A stretch of 64,000 bases of DNA from Chloroflexota bacterium (lineage in GTDB: Bacteria; Chloroflexota; Dormibacteria; DASZGP01), in contig JAXDLW010000047.1 in NCBI GenBank assembly GCA_034666405.1, positions 79,579-143,578 of the forward strand, in the 5' to 3' direction. Of this stretch, positions 37,716-47,226 are shown piece after piece (the stretch's first letter is position 1; each line of letters begins with the position of its first letter). Made by a program: the position numbers and the translations under genes. Below the pieces are notes generated by a model. It had not been told where the DNA came from and made no database searches. It saw only the letters and a list, made by a program, of their open reading frames with translations.

Positions 37716-38438
37716 CTAAGCGGCTTTGACCCCGGAGCGGGACCCCAGGGAGCCCTGGAGTCCCGCTCCCTTCTTACTCGACCGCATCCCTGCCGGCGTG
37801 ACCGCTGTCTGCACCATGCCCAGGCCACGCTCGGTCAGGGTCGCGACGGCCGCGACCAGCAGCGCCCCGGCAAAGATCTGCACGTTGTCCTGCTGGCTGA
37901 AGCCGTCGATGATGAACCGGCCGAGCCCGCCCCACGCAACCTCGGCCGCGAGGGTGGCCGTGGCGACCACCTGCACCGCGGACGTCCGGATCCCCGCCAT
38001 GATCAGTGGCGCCGCCAGTGGCAGCTCCACCCGCCAGAGGACCTGGCGCCCGGTCATCCCGAGCCCCCGCGCCGCCTCGCGGAGCTCGGGGCTGACCTCG
38101 GCCAGGCCGATGTAGGTGTTCGTGAGGATTGGGGGGATGCCCAGTGCCAGCAGGGCCAGGAAAGCCGGCCTCACGCCGATGCCGACCAACTGCACCGCGA
38201 GAACCAGGATGGCGAACGACGGTATCGCCCGGCCGATGTTGGAAACGTTGATCGCCACCGCGCCGCCCTTGCGGTAGTGACCGAGGACAACGGCAACGGG
38301 TAGCGCGATGAGCGCCGCGGCGGCGAGCGCGGCGCCGGACATCAGCAGGTGCTCGACGACCCGGGTGGGCACCCCGGTGCTGCCCTGGTAGTGGGCCGGG
38401 TCGAGGAACCAGCGCACGACGTCCGCGAACAGGCTCAT
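37716..38438 (-). CDS. ABC transporter permease (OpuCB/ProW type)
   Basis: TM-rich, 240 aa, EAA-like loop LGMTGRQVLWRVELPLAAP. Confidence 0.8.
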   Translation of the reverse strand: MSLFADVVRWFLDPAHYQGSTGVPTRVVEHLLMSGAALAAAALIALPVAVVLGHYRKGGAVAINVSNIGRAIPSFAILVLAVQLVGIGVRPAFLALLALGIPPILTNTYIGLAEVSPELREAARGLGMTGRQVLWRVELPLAAPLIMAGIRTSAVQVVATATLAAEVAWGGLGRFIIDGFSQQDNVQIFAGALLVAAVATLTERGLGMVQTAVTPAGMRSSKKGAGLQGSLGSRSGVKAA

Positions 38439-39118
38439 GCGGCTCGATTCCGTGCCCAGGGCGTGACCGCGCGCTGGAGCAACGCCAGCGACACGTCAGC
38501 CAGGATCGCCAGCCCGACGGAAAGGACCGCACCCACCACCAGCTTGGTGCGGAAGTCGTCGATCAACCCCTGCAGGATGAGGCGGCCAAGACCGCCCTCG
38601 CCGATCAGCGCGGTGACCGTGACCAAACCGATGGTGGTCACGGTTGCGATGCGGACCCCGGCCATGATCGCCGGCAGGGCCAGCGGGAGCTCGACCCCCA
38701 GCAGCTGCTCGGTGCGGGAGAAGCCCATGCCCCGGGCGGCCTCACGGACGTCCGGCGGCACCGAGTCCAGCCCGACGACGATGTTGCGCACCAGGATCAG
38801 CAGGGTGTAGCTCACCAGGCCCACCTCGGCGGTCAGGATGGTCAGGCCGAGGAACGGGATGAGCAGGGCGAACAGGGCCAGCGAGGGGATCACGTAGAGC
38901 GTGCCCGTGAACCCCAGGATCGGCTCGCGCCAGCGCGGTGAGCGCCACGCCAGGAGCGCCAGGGGGGCGGCGATGAGCAGGCCGATGCCCACGGCCAGCA
39001 CCGTCAGGATCACGTGTTCGACGGTTGCGTCCCAGATCGCCGTGGTGTGCTGGGTCACCCACGACCAGCGGACCCAGGGTTCCTCGATGACGGCCGAGAG
39101 GGCGCTGACCGGGGTCAC
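38435..39118 (-). CDS. ABC transporter permease (OpuCB/ProW type)
   Basis: EAA loop GMGFSRTEQLLGVELPLALP. Start taken at GTG (VTPVSALS) inside the longer ORF. 4-bp overlap with the downstream permease. Confidence 0.75.
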   Translation of the reverse strand: MTPVSALSAVIEEPWVRWSWVTQHTTAIWDATVEHVILTVLAVGIGLLIAAPLALLAWRSPRWREPILGFTGTLYVIPSLALFALLIPFLGLTILTAEVGLVSYTLLILVRNIVVGLDSVPPDVREAARGMGFSRTEQLLGVELPLALPAIMAGVRIATVTTIGLVTVTALIGEGGLGRLILQGLIDDFRTKLVVGAVLSVGLAILADVSLALLQRAVTPWARNRAA

Positions 39119-39365
39119 GAGCGAACGGTAGCAGGAAGGTCGGCGCGGGGACTTGACGCCTCGGGTTAACGGGTGTAAACCGGAGGTAGACAGTCCCATT
39201 GGGTCCACCAATCGGAGGCCGTAACGATAGTCAGCATCTGGCACAGACTACGGCGAGGTCGAGCCGAGTAAATCCAGGCTGCCGCGAGGCGGCCTAGACC
39301 CTGGTTTGACCTTTGATACACCCGGCCGCACGCCGGGGTCCTCTTTACTGAGGAAACGGATTCGG

Positions 39366-39400
39366 GCCGGCCCCACAGTTGGGCCGGCCCTTTTTTGTGC
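39366..39400 (+). terminator. strong intrinsic terminator / leader attenuator upstream of the BNR protein gene
   Basis: GGGCCGGCCC-cacagtt-GGGCCGGCCC (perfect 10-bp stem) followed by TTTTTTGTG on the plus strand. Preceded by hairpin CCCGGCcgcacGCCGGG and followed by CCGGCCGcctCGGCCGG. Confidence 0.5.
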
Positions 39401-39496
39401 GGATCAACCGGCCGCCTCGGCCGGGCGGCAGCTAGGATCTCCGCAGCATCCGCCGGGGAAGGGGCGGCTGTTCAGAGTTGTCCTGGGAGGGCTGTT

Positions 39497-41314
39497 ATGA
39501 GCCGGAGAATCCGCCTGCGCCTGCTTGCGCTGATCGTTGCAATGCTGAGCCCCGCGACCGCGCTCGTCGCGAACCCGCCAGCCTCGGCGGCGACGTTCGC
39601 CCCGGGCGGGGCGGTCGAGATCCGCGACGTCGAAGCGGCCCGCCTGCAGCTGGTCCCACCGGCGCCGACGGCCCTTCACCCCGAGGTGATCCAGCCCGAC
39701 ACCCAGATCGAGCCCTCGATCGCCATCGACCCCGCCAACTCCCGCCATGTCGTTGCCGGCTTCCAGGAGGGCCGCGTGGATGGCGGCGGGGACATGACGA
39801 ACGGGTTTGCCACCAGCTTCGACGCCGGGCAGACCTGGACATACGGCGAGGTCCCCTGCCTCACCTACACCGTCCACACCGACCCGCGCTGCCCAACCGG
39901 TGGCGCCTTCGACCGGGCCTCCGACGCGGTCATCGCCTTTGGCCCGGACAACACCGTCTACTACAACTCGCTGATCTTCAACGACGAGACCGGCCAGGCG
40001 CTGCGCTCGGCGATAACGGTCAACGTTTCCAAGGACGGCGGCCTGACCTGGAGCCTGCCGGTCACCTTCCAGGACGACAACATCGGGGGCCTCAACGACA
40101 AGAACTGGATCGTGGTGGACAACAGCGACGCGGCCGGGCACCACAAGGGGCGGGTGTACGTGGTCTGGGACCGCGTCGCGCCGGTGGTCTACAACTACTG
40201 CGACGCCGATTGCGACGTCCTGACCAACTGGGTGCCCACGATGCTCCCGATCAACGGGCTGCAGGGGATCGGCGCCCAGCCGATGGTCCTGAACGACGGC
40301 AGCCTGGGCGTCATGTACACCACCCAGGCCGGCAGCCCGCTCTCTCTGCCGGGCGAACAACCGGAGTTCTCACCGGGCACGACCCAGATCGTCTTCGCGC
40401 TGGCGCCGCTGGCAGGCACCACCCCCTGGCCGTCGCCGCTCCTCTTCACCACAGTGAACATCCCGGTGGCCTCCGACCGCGCCAGCGCCACCCGGTACCA
40501 GCGCGCCAGTGACGGCCTGCCGACGTCCGCCATCGACCCGGTCACGGGCGACGTCTACATCGGCTGGGAGGACGCCCGGGGCCGGAGCGACAACGTCAAC
40601 GGCATCGTGTTCACCAAGTCCAGCAACGGCGGCCTGACATGGTCACCGGTCACGCCGATCCCGGTCAACGACGGCCCCGACCTCAACCACTACAACGTGA
40701 TGCTGGGCATGGGCGCCGACTCCACCCTGCACCTGGCATACCTGCAGCGACAGGAGGGCGCGGACCGCACCGGCTTCCTGCCCACGATCGACGCCTACCA
40801 CCAGCAGTCGGGCAACGGCGGGACCACCTGGACGGCGCCGCTCAAGATCTCCAGCCAGCCCGCCGAGGCGCGTTACGGGGCGTTCTCGCGGAACGGCCTA
40901 TTCCAGGGCGACTACAACCAACTGGCCTCCGGCGGAGCGTTCACGTACATCGTGCGTGAGCGGGCCTATGCGCAGTACCCCGGGGAGCCCGCCGGGCAGG
41001 TCTACAACTCCAGCAGCGACGTCTACACCGGCGATGTCTCGGGCTGCCGGGTCGTGGCCGGGATCAACCTGGACGCCCCCGGCTGCCTGCCCCATCTCCA
41101 CCAGCGCACCTGGGTCTCGGTCCTGTCGGCCAACGGGGCCGAGGGTGCGCCGCTGGCCTCCCCCACCCCGAGCACGGACAACGGCGCCCTGCCGGACACG
41201 TCGACCGGGGTGCGGGAGGGCGTCCCGGCGGCCGGCGTCGGGTTGGCCCTGGTGAGCGTGGTGCTGGCCGGGCTGGTCCTGGTGCGGAGGCGAGCCCCCG
41301 GACCGCCGACCTAG
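39497..41314 (+). CDS. BNR/Asp-box repeat protein (sialidase/glycosidase-like beta-propeller) with C-terminal membrane anchor
   Basis: Signal peptide MSRRIRLRLLALIVAMLSPATALVA. Asp-box repeats SKDGGLTW, SSNGGLTW, SGNGGTTW, FDAGQTW. C-terminal LPDTSTG...hydrophobic...RRRAPGPPT. Confidence 0.7.
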   Translation: MSRRIRLRLLALIVAMLSPATALVANPPASAATFAPGGAVEIRDVEAARLQLVPPAPTALHPEVIQPDTQIEPSIAIDPANSRHVVAGFQEGRVDGGGDMTNGFATSFDAGQTWTYGEVPCLTYTVHTDPRCPTGGAFDRASDAVIAFGPDNTVYYNSLIFNDETGQALRSAITVNVSKDGGLTWSLPVTFQDDNIGGLNDKNWIVVDNSDAAGHHKGRVYVVWDRVAPVVYNYCDADCDVLTNWVPTMLPINGLQGIGAQPMVLNDGSLGVMYTTQAGSPLSLPGEQPEFSPGTTQIVFALAPLAGTTPWPSPLLFTTVNIPVASDRASATRYQRASDGLPTSAIDPVTGDVYIGWEDARGRSDNVNGIVFTKSSNGGLTWSPVTPIPVNDGPDLNHYNVMLGMGADSTLHLAYLQRQEGADRTGFLPTIDAYHQQSGNGGTTWTAPLKISSQPAEARYGAFSRNGLFQGDYNQLASGGAFTYIVRERAYAQYPGEPAGQVYNSSSDVYTGDVSGCRVVAGINLDAPGCLPHLHQRTWVSVLSANGAEGAPLASPTPSTDNGALPDTSTGVREGVPAAGVGLALVSVVLAGLVLVRRRAPGPPT

Positions 41315-41323
41315 GATCACCGC

Positions 41324-42142
41324 ATGCCCTACGCCAGGGCGCGAGACGGCGCCAGCATCTACTACCGCGTGAGCGGCCCCAGGTCGGGGCCCCCGCTTGT
41401 CCTCATCATGGGCCTGGGCTGGGACATGACCGGGTGGAGCCTGATGATGCCCTTCCTCGGGGATTACCGGGTCCTGCGCCTCGACAACCGCGGCACCGGC
41501 AGGTCGGACAAGCCCGACAAGCCGTACACCATCCGCCAGATGGCCGGCGATGTCGTGCGCTGCATGAATGCCGCCGGCATGGACTCCGCCCACGTCTATG
41601 GGGCTTCACTCGGGAGCATGGTCGCCCAGGAGCTCACCCTCAGCTACCCCGCCCGGGTCCGGTCCCTGATCCTCGGCTGCCCCAGCCCCGGCGTGGTCAG
41701 CCTGCCGGCGTCACCGCGCTGGCTGCGGATGGTGCTGGGGCGGCAGCCGCGTACCCCCGAGCAGTCGTTCATGCGCGCCGCCCGCCTGCTCTACGGGGTC
41801 TCACTGGAGGAGAACCCGGAGGCGGTCGAGGAGGTCATGCACCGGCGGCTGCGCGTCAGGGTGACCCCACTCGGCGTCCGGCGCCAGTTCGAGGCCGTGC
41901 TGCGCTGGAGCAGCCTGGGCAGGCTGCGGCGCATCCGGGTGCCGACCCTGGTCATCCACGGCGATCGCGACCGGCTCATCCCCATCGGGAACGGGCGCAT
42001 CATCGCCCGCCTGGTCCCGGGGGCCCGCCTCCACGTCTTCGAGGGCGCCGGGCATGTGTACGGGACCGACCGGCCGGAGGAGCACCTCAGGGTGGTGCTG
42101 GGGTTCCTCGAGGAACAGCAGGCCCTGGCCGCGGCCAGCTAG
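41324..42142 (+). CDS. alpha/beta hydrolase
   Basis: Nucleophile elbow GASLG, HGDRD, His near the C-terminus. 272 aa. Confidence 0.75.
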   Translation: MPYARARDGASIYYRVSGPRSGPPLVLIMGLGWDMTGWSLMMPFLGDYRVLRLDNRGTGRSDKPDKPYTIRQMAGDVVRCMNAAGMDSAHVYGASLGSMVAQELTLSYPARVRSLILGCPSPGVVSLPASPRWLRMVLGRQPRTPEQSFMRAARLLYGVSLEENPEAVEEVMHRRLRVRVTPLGVRRQFEAVLRWSSLGRLRRIRVPTLVIHGDRDRLIPIGNGRIIARLVPGARLHVFEGAGHVYGTDRPEEHLRVVLGFLEEQQALAAAS

Positions 42143-43851
42143 ATGACCGGCAGCACCAGGTGGCTCGGCCGTGCCGGGTCATGGAAGAGCAGGTTGCGCT
42201 GCGGCAGCACCCGGTCCACATCCGCCGACGTCTGGCCGGTCCCGGGGCAGCGGTCGTACCGGGGGAAATCGCTCGCCCGGACCTGCAGTCGCAACCGGTG
42301 TCCAGGCAGGAAGACGTGGGCGATTGACCACAGGTCCACCTCGACGCGGTAGACCTCGCCGGGTTCGAGGAGATGGGGATCGGCCGGTCCCTCGCGAAAG
42401 CGCAGGCGGAGGATCCCGTCGCACAGGTGGTAGGCGCGGCCGTCGGGGTGGACATCGCAGAGGCGGGCCACGACGTCGGTGTCCGCGGTCTCGGCGGCGA
42501 CCCACGCCACCAGCCGCAGGGGGCCGACCACCTCGAGGGGTTGGTCGCGGGGCTCCGAGGTGAACAGGAGGACGTCCGGGTGCGCCTCGACGCGACCCTG
42601 CTCGGCAGGGCCGCGCGCGTACCTGCCGGTCATCAGGATCGCGCCTCCCACGGTCGGCACCGGGTTCTCGGGATCGAGCCGGAACTCTGACGGGGCGACC
42701 TCCGACTGCGACCCCGGGGCCAACCTCCCGTCCCCGTGCAGGTGCCATTCCTGCGGGGTCGCGCGCGCCGGGGGCCACTCCTGTTCCTCCCGCCAGCGAT
42801 TGGTGCCCATCACGAAAATACGCACGGGCGCCTCCTCGTCGATCCCGGTCTGACCGCCCTTCATCCGGGCATCGAACCAGCGCCGGTGCAGCCGGGTGAA
42901 GTCCTCCTTGAGGTCCATGAACAGGGGTGACGCCCGGAACCCGTAATCGGTGGTGCCGACCACCGACGTCGGGGTGCCGTGGGCCCATGGGCCTACGATC
43001 AGCCGGCTGAGGCGGCGAACGTCCTCCGTGGCGCCGTTCTCCCGCAGCGAGTTGAAGAGGTCCAGGTCAGGCTGCAGGAAGACGTCGTTCCAGCCCGCGA
43101 TCACCAGCGTCGGGACCGTGATGTCGACAGGGTCGAAGCGCGGGATCGGTGGAAAGAAGGCGTACTCGACGGTGCGGTCGAAGTTCCTAGTCGGATCAAC
43201 GCCGCGGTCGTCGATCGGCGGGAACGGCGAGAGCGGGAGGCGGCGCATGTGCTCGTCGAGGTTGTCGATGTCGTCGATCACCGACGGGATCTCGGCGTAG
43301 CGCGACGGGTCGGTGCGCGCCGCCCGCAACACCCCCGTGGGGACGATCGTCTGCGTGGCCCAGCTGGCCAGCAGTCCGAGCGAGAGCGCGCCGCCCCGGT
43401 ACCGGTCTCCGCCGGTGGTGCTGTCGGGGCTCTCGAGGATCGCGATCGCCCGCAGCGCGGCGGGCCTCTGCGAGGCGGCGAGCAGGCAGCACTGCGCCAT
43501 GTAGGACAGGCCGAACATCCCGACGTCCCCGTTCGACCAGGGCTGCTCGGCGGCCCACTGCACGGTGTCGTGGCCATCCACCGCCTCGTTCTCATATGTG
43601 ACGAATTCACCCTCGGAGTCGAAACGACCCCTGACGTCCTGGACGACGACGGCGTACCCGGCCAGGGCCAGCTTGACGGGGTCCGCGTCGGACGCGGAGT
43701 TGCTGACCAGCGTCCGGTCGTACGGGGTGCGCTGCAACAGGACCGGGTGGCGCTGGGAATCGTCGGGGCGGTAGAGGTCCGCGACCAGGACGCAACCGTC
43801 TCGCATTGCCGCCGGCACGCCCCGCTCGATGAGGATTCGCTGTGCCGCCAT
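42139..43851 (-). CDS. CocE/NonD family hydrolase (S15 X-Pro dipeptidyl-peptidase-like)
   Basis: RTPYDR, GLSYMA nucleophile elbow, C-terminal beta-sandwich. Start at MAAQRIL. Confidence 0.75.
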   Translation of the reverse strand: MAAQRILIERGVPAAMRDGCVLVADLYRPDDSQRHPVLLQRTPYDRTLVSNSASDADPVKLALAGYAVVVQDVRGRFDSEGEFVTYENEAVDGHDTVQWAAEQPWSNGDVGMFGLSYMAQCCLLAASQRPAALRAIAILESPDSTTGGDRYRGGALSLGLLASWATQTIVPTGVLRAARTDPSRYAEIPSVIDDIDNLDEHMRRLPLSPFPPIDDRGVDPTRNFDRTVEYAFFPPIPRFDPVDITVPTLVIAGWNDVFLQPDLDLFNSLRENGATEDVRRLSRLIVGPWAHGTPTSVVGTTDYGFRASPLFMDLKEDFTRLHRRWFDARMKGGQTGIDEEAPVRIFVMGTNRWREEQEWPPARATPQEWHLHGDGRLAPGSQSEVAPSEFRLDPENPVPTVGGAILMTGRYARGPAEQGRVEAHPDVLLFTSEPRDQPLEVVGPLRLVAWVAAETADTDVVARLCDVHPDGRAYHLCDGILRLRFREGPADPHLLEPGEVYRVEVDLWSIAHVFLPGHRLRLQVRASDFPRYDRCPGTGQTSADVDRVLPQRNLLFHDPARPSHLVLPVI

Positions 43852-43855
43852 CGGC

Positions 43856-44383
43856 TCAGCCGGGGCCGGCGGCGAGGACTGAGGGGTCGGAGAAGCGCCG
43901 GGCGTTGCCCATCGCGGGCCATACAAACGCCTGCACGTTGGCCAGTATCTGCCGGTAGTGGTTGCGGTCGTGGTGCACCCACTCGTGGAGCAGGTCCTCG
44001 ATGCGCAGCTCGCCGGCCTGCACGTGGAAACAGGACCTGGAGAGGTCGGTGTTCATGAGCCCGTCGACCAGCTTCACGCTCTCGGCGCGCATCTCCCCAA
44101 ACGCCTCGACCAGCTCCTCCAGCGGGCGGCGGTCGTCCTGACGATCCGCCTGGACCCGGGCCTGGTCCCAGCCGGTCTCGGTCCTGCCGGGCTCGGCGAG
44201 GATGCGCCTGATCCGTCCCGCAAAGCCGTGCGCCTCGGTCTCGATGACGTGGCCGAGACACTCCTTGATCGACCACTCGCCCGCCGCGGGGTGCCAGGAG
44301 GCGAGGTCCTCGGGGATCGCCCCGAGCTCGGCCTTGAGTGAGGTGCCTATCGACCGGAGGAGGCTCGCGACCTCCCCCGGCAT
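43856..44383 (-). CDS. DinB/YfiT-like (DinB_2) metal-dependent protein
   Basis: H..E....H ... HHDRNH pattern of the DinB_2 four-helix bundle. Confidence 0.65.
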   Translation of the reverse strand: MPGEVASLLRSIGTSLKAELGAIPEDLASWHPAAGEWSIKECLGHVIETEAHGFAGRIRRILAEPGRTETGWDQARVQADRQDDRRPLEELVEAFGEMRAESVKLVDGLMNTDLSRSCFHVQAGELRIEDLLHEWVHHDRNHYRQILANVQAFVWPAMGNARRFSDPSVLAAGPG

Positions 44384-44408
44384 CAGGGGCCGGCTGAGCT
44401 GGCCCAGG

Positions 44409-45989
44409 CTAGGCCTTGGCGGGAGCCTGCTCGGCGCCGGCGCCGGCGCCCTCTCCCTCGCCCGACTCCACCTTCTTCTTGATCTCGAGCTTCATGATCT
44501 TGCCCGTCGGCCCCTTGGGCAGCTCGGGCCAGACCTGGATGGTGCGGGGGTACTTGTACGCCGCGACCCGTTCCTTGATGAAGGCCTGCAGCTCGCCGGC
44601 ATCGATCTTCTCGCCGGGCTTCGCCGCCACTACCGCGTGGACCTCCTCGCCGAACTTCTCGTCGGGCATCCCGATGACCGCGGCCTCCGCGACCTTGGGG
44701 TACTGGTAGATGACCTCCTCGATCTCCCTCGGGTAGACGTTGAAGCCGCCGCGGATGATCATCTCCTTCTTCCGGTCGACGATGAAGAGGAACCCCTCCT
44801 CGTCCTCGTAGCCGATGTCACCGGAGTGGAACCAGCCGTCCTTGATGGCCTCGGCGGTGGCCTTGGGGTTGCGCCAGTACTCCTTCATGATGTTGTGGCC
44901 CTTGATGCAGATCTCGCCACGCTCACCCTGGGGCACGGGCTTGCCCTCGTCGTCGAAGATCGCGACCCTGACACCCCAGACCGGCTTGCCGATCGAGCCC
45001 ACCTTCTGCCCTGTCTCGATCTGGTTGAAGGTCGCGGTCGGGCTGGTCTCGGAGAGGCCGTAGCCCTCGAGGATCTTGGTGCCGGTGGCCTTCTCCCAGG
45101 CATTGATGACCTCCCCCGGGATGGAGGCGCCGCCCGACACGCAGAGCCGCAGCTTGCTGATGTCGTAGGTGCTGCGCTCGGGGTGGTTCAGCATCGCGAA
45201 ATACATCGTCGGAACGCCCAGGAAGAGCGAAACCTTGTCCCGCTGCATGATCTGCAGGGCCTTGTCGGCGTCGAAGCGCGGCAGCAGGGTCATCGTGATG
45301 CCGCCGTGGATGCTGCCGTTGACGACGTTCGACAGTCCAAACGAGTGGAACATCGGCAGCGTGGCCATGATGACGTCGTCCTCGAGGAACTCGAAGATGT
45401 GGGTGCCGATGTGGCAGCACTCGAAGAGGTTGAAGTTGGTCAGCGCCGCGCCCTTGGGCTTGCCGGTGGTGCCCGAGGTGTAGATCAGCAGGCAGATGTC
45501 GTCCGAACCGGTGGCGACGCTGTCGAACTCCTTCGGCTGGTCGCCGATCATCCCGAAGAACTCGGTGGTGCCCTCGGGCGCGTCCCCGCCCATCATGCTG
45601 ACGTGGATCTTGTGCTTGACCGAGCTGACGCGCCCGGCGCCCTCCACGGCCTCGGCCGCGAACATGTCCCAGTAGAAGACGGCGCTGGCCTCGGAGTCAC
45701 TCAGGTAGTACTCGATCTCCGGGGCCTTCAGCAGGACGTTCATCGGGACGGCCACGCAGCCGGCCTTGAGGATCCCGAAGTAGATCATCGGGAAGTGGGG
45801 CACGTTGGGCAGCATCATGCCGACGCGCTCGCCGGCCTCGATGCCGTTGGCGCGCAGCGCATTGGCCACCTGGTTGGCGGCTTCGTCCAGCTGCTTGTAG
45901 GTCATCTTGAAGTCGTCGAGGATGATCGCGACCTTGTCGGGGTGCTTGGCCGTGGTCTCCTCGAGGATGGTTGCGAGGTTGAAGCTCAT
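44409..45989 (-). CDS. long-chain fatty acid--CoA ligase (AMP-binding)
   Basis: AMP-binding motif IYTSGTTGKPKGA, YGLSET, the conserved C-terminal Lys, and a Gly/Glu-rich tail. Confidence 0.88.
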   Translation of the reverse strand: MSFNLATILEETTAKHPDKVAIILDDFKMTYKQLDEAANQVANALRANGIEAGERVGMMLPNVPHFPMIYFGILKAGCVAVPMNVLLKAPEIEYYLSDSEASAVFYWDMFAAEAVEGAGRVSSVKHKIHVSMMGGDAPEGTTEFFGMIGDQPKEFDSVATGSDDICLLIYTSGTTGKPKGAALTNFNLFECCHIGTHIFEFLEDDVIMATLPMFHSFGLSNVVNGSIHGGITMTLLPRFDADKALQIMQRDKVSLFLGVPTMYFAMLNHPERSTYDISKLRLCVSGGASIPGEVINAWEKATGTKILEGYGLSETSPTATFNQIETGQKVGSIGKPVWGVRVAIFDDEGKPVPQGERGEICIKGHNIMKEYWRNPKATAEAIKDGWFHSGDIGYEDEEGFLFIVDRKKEMIIRGGFNVYPREIEEVIYQYPKVAEAAVIGMPDEKFGEEVHAVVAAKPGEKIDAGELQAFIKERVAAYKYPRTIQVWPELPKGPTGKIMKLEIKKKVESGEGEGAGAGAEQAPAKA

Positions 45990-46136
45990 GTCAGGTGGTC
46001 CTCCTCATGTCCCGCTCCCGCAGGTCCCGGCGCTGCCGGGAACGGTAATCTTCGCCCCCCGTCGAGTTCAGCGTCAACTCGGGCGACGCCTCCCGGCCCC
46101 CGGCACGGCACGGCGCCTGGGCTAAGCTCCGGCGCC

Positions 46137-47225
46137 ATGGGCCTGGTTCACTCCGAGATCCAACAGGAGGCACCCCGGGGCTTCCACATGGACCCGCGTG
46201 ACTTCGCCTCACTGTCCGGCTACCGGCTGTTGCGCGGTTTCCCCGAGGGTCGGCTGCTGTCGCCGCCGGTCGGCTACCTGTACGGGCTGCGGGTGACCGA
46301 GGTCGAACAGGGCTCCGTGACCTTCACAATGCCGGCATCGCCCTGGCTGCTCTCGCCTCAGGGGATCCTGTCGGGCGCGTCGCTGGCCCTGCTGGTTGAC
46401 GGGCCGCTGGCGTGCACCATCCAGACCGCGCTGCCGCCGGCGACGCCCTACACCACCTCGGAGCTCTCGATGCAGTACCTGCGGCCGGTCAAGGCCGACG
46501 GACGCCTGCTGACCTGCCGCGGGCGGCTGGTGCACGCCGGACAGCGCCTGGCGATGTCCGAGGCGGAGGTGGTGGATGCCGATGGCAATGTCATCGCGCT
46601 GGCGTCCACCCGCTGCGTGATCATGCCGGCCCTGGAGGTAACGCCCGGCCGGGTTGGTGAGCCCGGCCCCGCTGTCGAGCCGAGCTGGCCGACGCCCCAT
46701 CCATACGAGCGCCAGGTTGAAGGGGAGGTCCTTCCCCAGGAGACCTGGGACCGCCTGAGCGGACTCGAGGTCATGCGTGGCCACATTTCGGGTGAGCTGC
46801 CGCCACCGCCGATCTGCAAGCTGACCGGGATCTGGCCGATCACGGCCGAGGACGGCGCGATGACCTGGACCATGCCCGCCACCGAGTGGATGTCGAGCCC
46901 GGTCGCGGGGCAGCTCTACGGGGGCCTCACGGCCTTCCTGGCGGGCATGGCGATCGATGGGGCCTTCGAGACCGTGATGCCCGCGGGCACGGCGTTCGCG
47001 TCACTCGACCTCAAGGTCTACCTGTTGCGACCGGTGCCGCCCGACATGCGGGACCTCACGGCCACCGCGCAGGTCGTGCAACGCGGCCGGCGGCTGTGCA
47101 TCGGCACGTGCGAGGTGGTCAACGCCGACGGCAAATCGGTCGCGCTGGGGACCGCGTCGGCGATGGTCCTTCCCGGCCGCCCCGCCACGGTGGCGCGGGC
47201 GATCGACGAGGCGTCCGCCGGCTAG
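46137..47225 (+). CDS. tandem hotdog-fold (PaaI/4HBT-like) thioesterase
   Basis: Two repeats each with the ...GxxxGG/L..D... acceptor pattern (GASLALLVDGP ; GGLTAFLAGMAIDGA). ATG 46137, at the end of the spurious 1007-aa ORF. Confidence 0.65.
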   Translation: MGLVHSEIQQEAPRGFHMDPRDFASLSGYRLLRGFPEGRLLSPPVGYLYGLRVTEVEQGSVTFTMPASPWLLSPQGILSGASLALLVDGPLACTIQTALPPATPYTTSELSMQYLRPVKADGRLLTCRGRLVHAGQRLAMSEAEVVDADGNVIALASTRCVIMPALEVTPGRVGEPGPAVEPSWPTPHPYERQVEGEVLPQETWDRLSGLEVMRGHISGELPPPPICKLTGIWPITAEDGAMTWTMPATEWMSSPVAGQLYGGLTAFLAGMAIDGAFETVMPAGTAFASLDLKVYLLRPVPPDMRDLTATAQVVQRGRRLCIGTCEVVNADGKSVALGTASAMVLPGRPATVARAIDEASAG

Positions 47226-47226
47226 G

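Noticed and set aside
44202-47225. 1007-aa plus-strand ORF
   Set aside because: Antisense to the acyl-CoA ligase and DinB genes; composition is R/G/D/L-rich wrong-frame. Only its last 363 codons (46137..47225) look like a real gene (tandem hotdog).
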